Assembly: GCF_963921235.1 (NCBI RefSeq)
Contig: NC_086118.1
Coordinates: forward strand, 26,104,001 to 26,168,000
Reading direction: 5' to 3'
Origin: Mobula hypostoma
Lineage: Eukaryota
DNA length: 64,000 bases
Within the stretch, counting starts at the first letter, position 1. The number at the start of each line of letters is the position of its first letter. Shown one piece after another: positions 51,231 through 64,000 of the stretch. A program made the position numbers and the translations under genes. The notes beneath the pieces are model-generated. The model worked only from the letters and a program-made list of their open reading frames with translations, was not told the origin of the DNA and did not search any database.

Positions 51231-52659
51231 CTGAGATATTTAAACAATTTGTTGTTTAATATGCGGTCAAACTTCTGAGAAAGATGTACCCTAAAGGAGC
51301 ATTTAAGTGGTATTGTCACATATGATCTTAGAGATATACCTATATTATTTTAATTCTCTGCAATATTAAGTTCCAAGAACTCATTGTTGTTTACTTAAGT
51401 GTTTCACGGTGGCATACAATGTAATGAACCAAGTTACTAAACTAACCTGTAGTTTTCAAGACATCTGGAGACTTCCCATTCCCACTCAGATAATTTCCTT
51501 TAATTCTTTTATTGACTGCAGTGTAGCTTCGCACCCGTGTACTGACCCAGTGAGCTGGAACTTAACCACATCCTTGATGAAGAAGATATTCAGTAAAAGG
51601 AAAATGCTGCTAGGATCTGAAATCCACCGTCTGTAAGTTGTCTGATATCTATGCAGTTAAAACAAACAGGAACTGAAAAAAATATATAGCCTCAAGAACA
51701 GGAAGTGGGGGTGGAGGGTGCTAACTGGTCAGGAGCGGGTGTGGAGTTTAAGGTTCTAATCCAATCGCTCATCTGCTTTTCATGTGATACTGATCTCCTG
51801 TGGATCTGTTTTAAATAACATTCGGTGCTTACTTTACATGCAGCACAGGTGATAAATTCGAATAAAATTAACCCCGATTTTTATTGTACTTCAATATTGT
51901 TTCATTAAATTTAATATCTAATTCAGAAGGGCTCCTGATAAATTATTAAATCATGAGCCAGAAATTTATTCTTCCCTAAACAGAAGCACTAATCCTGTGC
52001 TTGCACTGTGAGCCTATGCCCGTTCATACCGGTTCCTCTGGGATACAACATTCTATTGCGATCCTGGGACAAGTGCACTTTTCAGTATGGATTTTATAAT
52101 TTCCTTCACTACAGCCCAATAAGTGATCATAAATCCCGCAATAATGCGCACCTGTCAAACCATTTGTCTACCACTTGACATGAGAGCACCAGACCTTCGG
52201 GAACACCTGCTCACGAAACCACATGCGTCTGATAGTCAACTCTTCACAGACAGCTGCAGGGGAACCTCAGCTAAGGAGATTACTGCTCCCGGGACAGGGA
52301 GCAGATCATCCCAGCTGACAAGGTGGAGGGGAGGAGACAACATGTGCTTGGCCTCCAGGAAAAGAAGCATATTGGTAAAAGGTGTTGGATCAGTTTACAC
52401 CAGAGACAAGGAATAGGGAGCAATGTGGAAGGAAAATCCCATGACCTCTTTTCATTTTGTCAGGTGGAGCATTCTGGTTGTTATAATTGCAGCTGACAAA
52501 TTCTTCCTTGCAATGTGCAGATTCCACCACAGCAACATACACTCCCACATTATGGCAGCCATCTCTCTAGCTACCCCAATATAACACTAACACCCTCAAC
52601 ACCTCACCGTCACAGTCAGCCGTATCAAATTAATTAGGGTAGTTGTTTAGTCAAAGCAT

Positions 52660-52792
52660 AGAGGGAAAATCTACAGATGCTGGAAATCCAAGCAACACAC
52701 ACAAAATTCTGGAGGATCTCACCAGGCCAGGCAGCACCCATGGACAAAAAAGTAGAGTCAGCGTTTCGGGCCAAGATCCTTTGGCAGGACTG
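52660..52792 (-). mobile_element. PLE terminal fragment with broken hammerhead
   Basis: ggaaaatctacagatgctggaaatccaagcaacacac...gtttcgggccaagatcctttggcaggactg; tgtttagt repeats on both flanks. Confidence 0.75.
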
Positions 52793-53588
52793 CTTACTGT
52801 TTAGTAACAGTACTGCTTTCATTTAATTTTGGATAGGGGCATGATTGGCAAGGTTAGATTTATTGCTCATTCTTAATTGCTTTTGGAAAGGTGGGCTGGG
52901 ACTGGATGTAACCAGGGAATTGTGATGGGACTGTGTCAGGCACACAGTTTGGAAGATATGATTCTGCACATACAACTACATTGTGATATTGCTTGACTGA
53001 TACGTGAGGCAACACTTACTAATTTAGGAAACCAGTTTTCACACGCGTATGAGGAAGACTTCGCAAGCTTGAATGGATAGGAGCAGATTTTCCATGTCCA
53101 AATTTAGTGTTTATTTTGGAGCCAGACGTTCTGTCCCATTTAATTCTTTTTTTTTTGTTTCAGCACAGCTGTAATGGTACAAGTGAGCTACCTGTTGCAG
53201 AAACTGAAGGTTGAAGAACGCATTGTAATTCTTCTTTCTGTCATTCTCCTTGTCATTCCTGACAATCCCCAGTGCTTTCAAATATTTATACTATTTTGCT
53301 ACTAGTGGACATTATTTGCATGTGATGTTTCTTAGATACGTTTGTTGTGACAAAGTATTTCACATAGATGGTCTAAAAGCTTCTGGGGACAGAGATTCCA
53401 GACACCCAAAATTAATGCTGACTCTCTGACTACACAAATATCCCAATTATTGATTGATCATACCTGTGACCATGTTTGATATGGTACATGACATAACCCC
53501 ACTGTCTTGTGTTTGGCTAATGCAGATAAGAAAGTGTTATTTCACTTTGCAAACTTTATCTCTCAAGCAGCTGTGCTCTGTAAACAAT

Positions 53589-54878
53589 CTATAGGAAGAG
53601 GTACAGTCAATGTTTCAGGCCGAGACCCCTCGTCAGGACTAACTGAAAGAAGAGCTAGTAAGAGATTTGAAAGGGAGAGGGGGAGGGGGAGATCTAAAAT
53701 GATAGGAGAAGACAGGAGGGGGAGGGATGGAGACAAGAGCTGGACAGTTGATTGGCAAAAGGGATATGAGAGGATCATTGGACAGGAGGCCTAGGGAGAA
53801 AGAAAGGAGGGGGGAGCCCAGAGGATGGGCAAGGAGTATAGTGAGAGGGAGAAAAAGTAGAGAGAGAAAAGGAATATATATATATGTATATAAATAACGG
53901 ATGCGGTACGAGGGGGAGGTGGGGCATTAACAGAAGTTAGAGAAGTCGATGTTCATGCCATCAGGTTGGAGGCTACCCAGACGGAATATAAGGTGTCGTT
54001 CCTCCAACCTGAGTGTGGCTTCATCTTTACAGTAGAGGAGGCCGTGGATAGACATGTCAGAATGGGAATGGGACGTGGAATTAAAATGTGTGGCCATTGG
54101 GAGATCCTGCTTTCTCTGGCAGACAGAGCATAGGTGTTCAGTAAAACAGTCTCCCAGTCTGTGTCAGGTCTCACCAATATATAGAAGGCCGCATCAGGAG
54201 CACTGGACGTAGTATATCACCCCAGCCGACTCACAGGTGAAGTGTCGCCTCACCTGGAAGGACTGTCTGGGGCCCTGAATGGTGGCGAAGGAGGAAGTGT
54301 AAGGGCATGTGTAGCACTTGTTCCGCTTACAAGGATAAGTGCCAGGAGGGAGATCAGTGGGGAGGGATGGGGGGGACGAATGGACAAGGGAGTCCCGTAG
54401 GGAGTGATCCCTGCGGAAAGCAGAGAGAGAGGGGGAGGGAAAGATGTGCTTAGTGGTGGGATCCCATTGGAGGTGGCGGAAGTTACGGAGAATAATATGT
54501 TGGACCCGGAGGCTGGTGGGGTGGTAGGTGAGGACAGGAGGAACCCTATTCCTAGTCAGGTGGCGAGAGGATGGGGTGAGAGCAGATGTGCGTGAAATGG
54601 GAGAGATGCGTTTGAGAGAAGAGTTGATGGTGGAGGAAGGGAAGCCCCTTTCTTCTAAAAAGGAAGACATCTCCTTCGTCCTGGAATGAAAAGCCTCATC
54701 CTGAGAGCAGATGCGGCAGAGACGGAGGAATTGCAAGAAGGGGATGGCATTTTTGCAAAAGACTGGGCGAGAAGAGGAATAGTCCAAATAGCTGTGAGAG
54801 TCAATAGGCTTATAGTAGACATCAGTAGCCCTCATACCCCATCTGTTATTTATTTATTATATATATACACACACATAT

Positions 54879-54910
<32 letters not shown>

Positions 54911-55292
54911 GTATTCTTTTTCTCTCTCTCCTTTTTCTCCCTCTGTCCCTCTCACTATACTCCTTGCCCATCCTCTGGGTTTCCCCCCTCCCCCTTTCTT
55001 TCTCCCTAGGCCTCCCGTCCCATGATCCTCTCATATCCCTTTTGCCAATCACCTGTCCAGCTCTTGGTTCCATCCCTCCCCCTCCTGTCTTCTCCTATCA
55101 TTTTGGATCTCCCCCTCCCCCTCTCACTTTCAAATCTCTTACTAGCTCTTCTTTCATTTAATCCTGATGAAGGGTCTCAGCCTGAAATGTCGACTGTACC
55201 TCTTCCTATAGATGTTGCCTGGCCTGCTGCGTTCACCAGCAACTTTAATGTGTGTTGCTTGAAATTCCAGCATCTGCAGATTTCCTCGTGTT
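53589..55292 (-). mobile_element. Penelope-like element with inverted 3' duplication (minus arm 53589-54826; plus arm 54827-55292)
   Basis: 213-aa ORF DVYYKPIDSHSYLDYSSS..PCKRNKCYTCP..GVIYYVQC; inverted UTR copies; perfect 15-bp TSD tgctctgtaaacaat at 53574-53588 and 55293-55307. Confidence 0.93.
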
Positions 55293-56606
55293 TGCTCTGT
55301 AAACAATGCTGTTTTCAAAGCTAGGCTTTTAACTTCAAATTGACTGCTGCCTGCAGCCTACATTAAGAACGGAAGATTGGTTCTTGTTTACAACATGAAG
55401 CTGAGCAAGGAATATTGTGAACAGTTTAATTTTGTCACTAGCAACTCTGACCCTAATGGAAAGATCATGCTGCTGTGCTGGGAGCCTAAGGTAAGCGATA
55501 AGCCTCTTGGTCCCAGAAAGTGAATATCTATCTCATTGGAGAGTGAGGTAGTTCTCTGCCAGCAATGAAGGTTTGCCTGTGTATGCTCAGGTCACGTTGA
55601 CGTTGCAGTGCAGTCAGGACCACTTGTCCAGCTATCCCACCCCATCCTTTCAACTAGGAGGAATGTCCTTGAGGAGGAGCAGGACTATGTTGACAACGCC
55701 CGATACCACCAAGTAGCGTCTCAGACACTAACAAATAATGAGGAAAGACCTTTACCAGAACAGGTGTAGGTAAGTTAGTTTATCAGCTCCCCAGAAGTAG
55801 ATGTCATGCACTTAAAGACTCTAGTGAGGTCTATAATAAGGAAGTCTTCTGTGGATTTCCATTGATATGTTTGCCAAATTAACCATTTTGCATAGTTAGG
55901 TCCTCTCCTAATCTACTGGTGGCTTGGAACACATCCATCACAGTCGGGGTATGGTGAGCACCTGACTGCCACTACAGTTCCATATATAATGCAAGTTTGT
56001 GGGTCTGTCGAGATAACAGAAGAGGCCCCCACCCTACCCTGCCACCTGATGTCAATACGTTTCTACAGACTCGTTTCATTTCAGTGTTTCTCAGTTATTC
56101 CTGTTGCCACCTAAAGCAAACTGGTTTTCTGCTGGATCAGAGAGTTGCTCCTTGACAACGCACAACCACAATCAGAGATCAGAGTGGCACTATCCAGGAA
56201 CTGATCGTATTCTTTGTGAAGACTGCAGTTTATAACAGGACAAAGCTCATTGGGAGTCCTTCTAGGACAGGGTCAGTGGCACCATGGAGCTGGAAGGTAT
56301 TGACCTCTCTTTGGACCCTATCATTGGTTCTCTGGCAATGCTGTTGTATCTGCTCACAGACACTTGACCCAAGACAATGTAGACAATCAAGCCATTGAAG
56401 TCCAGAGACATCTTCTGTCACTGTAAATTCACTGTCTTCCACAAGCCTGGCTGTATCACAATGAGGGATTTTTTGTCTCCACAAGCCAAGTTGGAAAACA
56501 GCTATTTACAGACAGGAAAAGAATAATGTGCATATGATTCTGGAATTTTTACTTTCCTTAGGAAGAAGTAGTCAAAAATTTATCCTCATTAAGACATGGT
56601 ACGGCA

Positions 56607-56890
56607 TGGGGGAGCACGGTAATATAGTGGTTAGCACAACACTTTACTGCACCAGTGACCAGGGTTCAATTCCGGCTACTGCCTTTAAGGAGTTTGTACA
56701 TTCTCACCGTGACCGCGTGGGTTTCCTCTGGGTGCTCCAGTTTCCTCTCACATTCCAAGTACGTATCTGTTGATAGGTTAATTGGTCATTGTCAACTGTC
56801 CTGTGGTTAGGTTAGGGTTAAATTGGGGTTGCTGGGTGGTGCAGTTTGAACAGCTGGAAGGACCGATTCCCTGCTACATCTCAATCAATC
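56607..56890 (+). mobile_element. Full-length V-domain SINE
   Basis: A-box tagtggttagc, B-box gggttcaattcc, V core, tail followed by (TATT)n. Confidence 0.85.
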
Positions 56891-59339
56891 AATATTATTT
56901 ATTTATTTATTTACTTACTTACTTACTTCCTTGCTTATTTATCTGTCTATTTATTTATTATCAAGCCGAAATGAAATGAGCAGATACGATATAAAGCATG
57001 GCATGGTGAATATTACTTGTATGATTCACCTTTACTTTCGTGATTCAGTATCTTCTTTAGTCCAGGTGGGAACCTTTGTGATTTATGGAGTTTCTCAAAG
57101 GAGATCTCAAGAATAGCATTCCAATAAAATGTACTAATCCCTGAACAAAGGAAGCACCTAATCCTTGCAAATCCATGTGACCTAATTGCCACTGCTCAGC
57201 CAGTCATCTGTGCTGTGATTGCGTTAACACCCGTTTCGCCAGGATCCCCAAACTCTGAGCTCTGCACAGGTTTTTAAATGTGCAAAGATAAATCCTCTTT
57301 TCTATTATTGTTAGCTTTCAGATGATTTAGATCTTCAAGGAATACTATAAATTGTAATGAAAGGTGCTTTCAGAATGGCTTTATCAATTCCAAAACTTCT
57401 TTACAAGAGACACAAACAAGCTGATGATTTTTAAAAGGCACAATGATTCCTCAATGATGATAGAAAAGCTGTGGCTACTTTTTGGAATTCATCAAAGGCC
57501 TATATTCAACTTCACTGCCAGGATTTCCACAAATGGAAGAAAACATTAAGACTGATTTCTTTCAATATGTTTCGTGTAGAATGAGTCATACAGAATGCTG
57601 TTGTATCTTTCAAACTAAAAGACAACCACATGGTCTACCTATTAATTTTCATTAACATAAAAGGGAAATTAATTAATACCAACATCTGTGGAAATTATTT
57701 TAGGAAACTGCATATCTAATGTTGAGAGCAAAGTGCATCCTGGGTGAATCTAACTGGCAGAAACAGGAATTGTGAGAATAATATTCAAAAAACAGGAAGC
57801 TACGTGAAACCAGACAAGTATTTGCAACTGTTTCGTGCAGTTCTGAACTTCTGCTAACCATCTGAAAACTGCTGTAAACATTTCCACCACAGAAATACAC
57901 CGTTAAAAATTGACTGCACCGATTTCAATGGATTAGTTTTGTAAACAATTTCTACAGATGTAATGTGCTTCGATGGATAAAACCTTGATCAGTACTTATC
58001 AATATTTGGTGAAATTCTTGCTTCTTTTAACATTTCTTTACAACAAATTGGATTGTGTATTTTAGCTTTGAAATTAGAGAGTATATTCCATTATTCCAAG
58101 GAACATGAGCCTGTGGTATTTTGGTATTTATTGCCCATCCTTAATTTTCTGTGAGGTAGTGATGATATATGAGAGTGATGTGCCATTGTGAATCAAAGTA
58201 GTCCTTCTAGTCAAGGTACCTTCATGGTTCTGCAGAATTAGGAGTCTCTGCATTTGGACCCAAAAATGATGAGAGAAAGGAGATGCATTTCCAACTGAAA
58301 ATTTGTAGTGTTGGTGGTGACTGTTTCCTTTGCATTTTATATGGAAAAGATCATGAATTTCGGAAGAATTAGAGCTGAGTTAAACAGACCTTCTTGCTTT
58401 ATATTGAACAAGCTAATTCCAACTTAAATGTTGGCAGTCCCAGAATTATATCGATTCCAAAGGAGTTGGTAGAAAAGACTCATGATTGTTTTCCAACTAC
58501 TTTCTGGAGCGGACACATTGTATAGTGTCATGGAAGCACAAGACCAGCTTTGATTGGAGACAAATGTAAATGTTCATTCTCCTTCACAATGAAGAATGGT
58601 TAACAAGTTTTCATTGTGGCTGTCATTTACCATAAGAGGAGAACACCTTTGGAAGAGCAAACTGAAGCAAATATAAATAGAAACAGAAGGTTAAGAGATG
58701 TATGATAGATTTACAACAGTTGTTGCCTTTCAGTGACAGCCTTTATGGACATCTGAAACTCTCCACATACTACAAAACACAAGTGATTTTTGCCAAACTT
58801 GATTGACAGCACCATCCCCAAAAGCTCAAATTAATATGATATCAGTTTGAAAAAAATGAAGATAAAATATTAAAATATTTACATCTCCATTGGTTTTCCA
58901 AACATATTTTAATTTCAAAGTTTATTCAAATAATAACTTATATTGCTAATAAATGTAAACAGAAATTAAGGTACCGGTAGAAGACGATTGGGTTTAATTT
59001 GGCATTGTGTTTTGTGCATATGTTGTGGGCCAAGAGGCCTTTTCTTCTGCTACACTCTTCTATGTTCTGTGTGATTTCCAATTCTAGATTGTAGCAGATA
59101 AAAATTAACAAAGATCCTAAGTTGTAACAGCAAGGCAGCAAATCTGAATTGGGGTTAGAAATTAATACAAGGCAGATGAAATGAATTTGTTGATAATAAT
59201 ATACAACATGAAAGGAGGACAAATTAAAATAAATCAGTTGTTGCTCTGAGTCAAACTGGGACAATTGCCCCAAATCTGAAGAGCCGAACGATCTGACATT
59301 CCACAGCTGGCAACCAAGGAGCAAGGGAGCAGATATCAA

Positions 59340-59938
59340 CCATCCCCAAACCCACAAAGTCCAAACAAGCCCCACCCCTCAATGTTCAAACTAACCCAGC
59401 CTCCACAATGTCCAAACAAGCCCCACTTCCAAAATGCCCAAAAACCAACTAATTTTCACAATGTCCAAACCAGCCCCACCACCACAATATCCAAATCGAC
59501 CCCACCCCCTCAATGTCCAAACCATCCCCACCCCCTCAATACTCAAACCATCCCCACCTCCTCAATGTCCAAACCAGCCTCACTTCTACAATGCCCAAAC
59601 CATCCTCAACCTCACCATGTCCAAACCATCCCCACCTCCACAATGTCCAAACCAACCCCACCTCCACAATGTCCAAACGATCCCCACCTCCTCAATATCC
59701 AAACCATCCCCACCCCCTCAATGTCCAAACCATTCCCACCCCAACAATATCTAAACCATCCCCACCCCTACAATGTCCAAACCATCCCCACCTCCACAAA
59801 TTCCTAACCATCCCCACTTCCACAATGTCCAAACCAACTCCATGCTTACAATGGCCAAACAAACCCCACCTCCACAATATCTAAACCAGCCCCACCCTTA
59901 CAATGCCCAACCTTGCTCCATTCCCACAATGTCCAAGC
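59340..59938 (+). repeat. 26-bp C-rich minisatellite (~23 copies)
   Basis: Consensus aatgtccaaaccatccccacctccac repeated head to tail. Confidence 0.95.
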
Positions 59939-60673
59939 CCATTTTGACAGCATTTAGCTGCCTCATATTGTAAAGACATTAAAATCATTTGAAGAGATAT
60001 AAATTATTTTAAAATTTAAAAATAAATTAATTAAAAGCTTTAAAATAGCAACAAACTAATACACATTAAAATAAGGCAAGTTCTTACCTTTTTTAGCCAG
60101 GACGTTAATGTCATTCAGATCAGTGAGGGCATGGTTCCTAGACAATCCCTCCTTCCTGGAGATTAGCTGTACATGGCCTCCCTCTTCAAAGGTTAGCTCT
60201 CCATGTCAGGGCTCCAGTACGTCTAATGAGATAACTATCATATGTTCCAGTGTCTTAACCTCTACTCATTACCAATATTTTGCGATTGCTGGGCTGCACA
60301 TAATACGCATGAATTGCAGTTCTGATTCCATTTAATTGGACTCGGCAAAATGGTTTCCTTAGAAACTTGGTTGCAGGAAATTGTAATTGTCATCGACATT
60401 TCTGACTTTGAATGTTTGTGTGTAAATATCGTGTGGTTTTGACTCCATTGAATGTTCAGCTGCTGCGACACAAAGGGTTGGTAATATGGTATTAACAAAC
60501 AGCAAGAAGGGAAAGTTGATATAGTCAAATGTAATCCTGTAAAATACGTAGATATATGAAAATGATAAGTGATGCTGAGGTGGGTTTTTTAATGCATTAA
60601 CTTCTATAAATCAGTCAGATACTGTGACAGAAATGCATAGTAGCTTAATCGAAGCCAATTTGCCTTAATATAG

Positions 60674-61532
60674 TGTTACGTACCCCATAACTGGGTTGCC
60701 AAACCAGCAGAAATGGATCACTCAGTTGGAGTCTGGAGTACTAGAACTAAGAAAGTTTTATTAAAGAAACAAGCAACACAGTAATCGAAAGGATAATAAA
60801 TGCAACAATTCAACAATGATAACCACACATGTGCACAGAATTAAGATAACAGCATCAATCAAGCTCTATCGTTGTCTAGGGGTAAATGACCAATTTCAAA
60901 ATGACTCAAAGTTCAGTCCAGTTAGTAGTTCAGTTCGCAGTAATCGTTGCCATGGCGATGGACAAGGTGGGGGAAGAGAGACATAGAATAGGAACAACTG
61001 ATCATTCAGAACACGGCTTCACTCACAGACCAGCGAGATGACTCACAAACAGCTTTTGGGCGGGTCCTTGGTGATGTCACCTGAGGTCACCGACTGTGAC
61101 CCCTCCTCCAGATGCGGTCGATCCTCTGCAGTGAACCCGGCACCCAGGCAAGGGCGGACACACACCGGGTTCCCGCTGATCGTACCTTTTCACCCTTGTC
61201 GTTGTCTGGCACTTCTCACCCACTCGTGAGAGGCGCACCGCTTCCAGGGTCTTGTTATCTCGGGTGGCGTGTGTCTGTCTTAGCGAACCTGTCCCTTTTT
61301 ATCCCCCTGCTGGGGTATCGCCTGTCCATCACTTCAAACAGTTCAGGGTTCAAAGGGGGGAGCCGCTCCAGACAGCTCTCTCTCCCACATCCCTTCATTA
61401 CACATCTCCAGACGCTGCTCCATTGTTCCTTATCTCTCCTTCCCCTGAGGGCAGGTGGCAGACCAACTGCTGATGCCACTGATGCTAGCCCAGGCCAGCA
61501 AACATCTTAATTTTATGTGTATTCTCGTAACA
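60674..61532 (-). mobile_element. Solo LTR (859 bp)
   Basis: TGTTACG...CGTAACA termini; 4-bp TSD atag (60670-60673 and 61533-61536); minus-strand ggggataaaa (~61300) and aataaa (~60760); CpG retained. Confidence 0.85.
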
Positions 61533-62079
61533 ATAGAAATTAACATCTGGCTGAACAATCATTAAAAGACTGGTGATATTAAGAGGGAGGTTACAATTTA
61601 ATTTGTTGTTACCTGGTCTCAGAATGAGTGTTGAGGATAATACCATAATTGGACAAAATAGCAGGTAAACCATTGTCCAAGGTTGTAATCCATTCTTGGT
61701 TCTTATGGTCTTTACATTGTATTTCCAAATTATATATTGAAGCCCAAACTGGAGGGAATTGCTAGACACTAATGAAGCAAGGTCGTTATCTGATATAATT
61801 AAATGGCATATCAAAATAAATTAGTTAACTTGCTTGGTCCGTAGCAGAAAATGGTATCATAGGCAAATGTGAGACTATTTACCTCAATAAGTAGAAAGGC
61901 TAAGCAACCTGAAGTGGTGAGAAATTATTAAATGATGGCATTCAGATGGACTTGAGTACCTTCAATCATAAAACACAATGAGGTAACATGAATGCATTAC
62001 GACTTTTTCTTGCAAAAGGAATACAATCAGAAGCAAGAATTGGAGAAGGCTCTGTGAGATCTCAGTGGAAGTTCTGTCA

Positions 62080-63325
62080 ACGGTCACTTCATTAGGTACA
62101 CCTGTACACCTGCTTGTTAATGCTCATCTATTCACCCAATCATGTGGCAACAACTCAATGCAAAAAAGCATGCAGACATGGTCAAGAGGTTCAGTTGTTG
62201 TTCAGACCAAGCAACAGAATGGGGAAGAAATGTGACCTAAATGATTTAGACTATGGAATGATTGTTATTGCCAGATGGGGTGGTTTCAGTATCTCAGAAA
62301 CTGATCTCCTGGGATTTTCACGCACAGAAGTCTCTAGAGTTTACAGAGAGAAAAAAAAATCCAGTGAGTGACAACAATCACGAGGAAATCTGCAGATGCT
62401 GGAATTTCAAGCAACACACATTAAAGTTGCTGGTGAACTCAGCAGGCCAGGCAGCATCTCTAGGAAGAGGTACAGTCGATGTTTTGGGCCGAGACCTTTC
62501 GTCAGGACTAACTGAAAGAAGAGCTAGTAAGAGATTAGAAAGTGGGAGGGGGAGGGGGAGTTCCAAAATGATAGGAGAAGACAGGAGGGGGAGGGATGGA
62601 GCCAAGAGCTGGACAGCTGATTGGCAAAGGGGATATGAGAGGATCATGGGACAGGAGGCCCAGGGAGAAAGATAATGGGGAGGGGGGAAGCCCAGAGAAT
62701 GGGCAAGGGGTATAGTGAGAGGGACAGAGGGAGAAAAAGGAGAGAGAGAAAAAGAATGTGTGTATATAAAATAATAAATAACAGATGGGGTACAAGGGGG
62801 AGGTGGGCCATTATCAGAAGTTTGAGAAGTCAATGTTGGTGCTATCAGGTTGGAGGCTACCCAGACGGAATATAAGGTGTTATTCCTCCAACCTGAGTGT
62901 GGCTTCATCTTGACAGTAGAGGAGGCCATGGATAGACATATCAGAATGGGAATGGGACGTGGAATTAAAATGTGTGGCCACTGGGAGATCCTGCTTTCTC
63001 TGGTGGACAGAGCGTAGGTGTTCAGCGAAACAGTCTCCCAGTCTGTGTCGGGACAGACACAGTGAGTGACAGTTCTGTAGGCAGAAATGCCTTGTTAATG
63101 AGAGGGATCAGAGGAGAATGACTATATTGGTTCATGCTTACAAGAAGGCAACAGTAACTTAAATAATCACACGTTACAACAGTGATGTGCAGAAGGCAGT
63201 CTCTGAATCTACAACACGTTGAGCCTTGAAGTGGATGGGCTACAGCAGCAAAATACCATAAATAAACACACAGTGGCCGCTTTATTAGGTACAGAAGGCA
63301 TCTAATAAAGTGGCCACTAAGTATA
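62080..63325. mobile_element. Tc1-type MITE copy (reverse orientation) interrupted by a PLE, inside an old CR1 remnant (~61850-63800)
   Basis: TIR remnants ggtcacttcattaggtacac and tctaataaagtggccactaagtata; body is the reverse complement of 27110-27650. Confidence 0.75.
62374..63059 (-). mobile_element. Penelope-like element 3' fragment
   Basis: Same family as 53589-54200; TSD cagtgagtgaca at 62362-62373 and 63060-63071. Confidence 0.9.
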
Positions 63326-64000
63326 TGCACTGTATTTAGTGCAACAACATCTCAATGTATTAATTCCTGTGACAGGAGGATTGTTCCATGAAAAGAAATG
63401 AGTATATACTTCATGGAGTTTAGAAGAATGGAAAGTTTTTATTAAAATTAATGATTCCAAGCGAATTTGATAGGTTTGATAATAAAGACTTGTTCTAGCT
63501 GAAATACCAGGAAGTGGATGGATGAAACTGCCATGAGTGGAGATGAGGGGTCGGTAGTGTGGTTTCAGGATAGAGTCACTCAGAAGAAGCTTCTTTATTC
63601 GAAGGATTATGAATCTCCAGAATACTGCACAGCAGCCAGCTCTCTGGTCAACTACTTCCAAGCTCGATCGACAGATTTTTGGTTATAATTTGATTTTAGG
63701 CACACAAAAATGAAGCGGGAAAATGGAGCATGAAAATCAGTGGTAATGTTGTTTTTTCAAACAAAGCAGGCCTGAAGGGCTGTACTGCCAAACCTTTTTT
63801 TTAAAACATTTTGTATATCGTGTGTTCTCTCCTGTCAACATTGACCAGTTAGCACGAGCATACCACCTAGTGGATTAGCACAAGAATAATTTCTGTTAAA
63901 AAGTACAAAAATGTGGATTTTGATGAAATCCTTGTTGTCATTGCATTGAATAGATGAAGGAGAATGGAATTCTGCATAAATCAAACACTCAGCACCATCT

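Noticed and set aside
59382..59973. Pro-rich ORFs in all three frames
   Set aside because: By-product of the 26-bp minisatellite; no gene context.

Overview
AT-rich, repeat-dense vertebrate genomic DNA. The repeat families point to a cartilaginous fish, probably a ray (inference). The only host gene I can support is PIK3R5 (PI3K-gamma p101 regulatory subunit) on the minus strand. Two coding exons lie in the window: the ATG exon 26269-26362 (MQHTSCTEDRIHHALERCLHGLDRSSSSNWK) and the next exon 7637-7737 ([34 protein letters not shown]), joined in phase by a ~18.5 kb GT-AG intron. Later exons are apparently left of the window, and the non-coding first exon was not located. The rest is intronic or upstream DNA filled with CR1 and Rex1/Babar-type LINEs, an RNase H-bearing I/Nimb-type LINE, V-SINEs, a Deu-domain SINE, a tRNA-headed SINE, Tc1-type MITEs, a decayed Gypsy provirus, solo LTRs and a 26-bp minisatellite. 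The most interesting layer is a set of more than 10 Penelope-like element (PLE) insertions. Their termini carry a minimal, dimer-type hammerhead ribozyme motif (intact at 22049-22086 + and 28670-28707 -). Several form tail-outward inverted hairpin structures with 12-15 bp target-site duplications, and one appears to have captured ~300 bp of neighbouring DNA. Repeat family names come from motif recognition, not database searches, and repeat boundaries are approximate unless a TSD is given.
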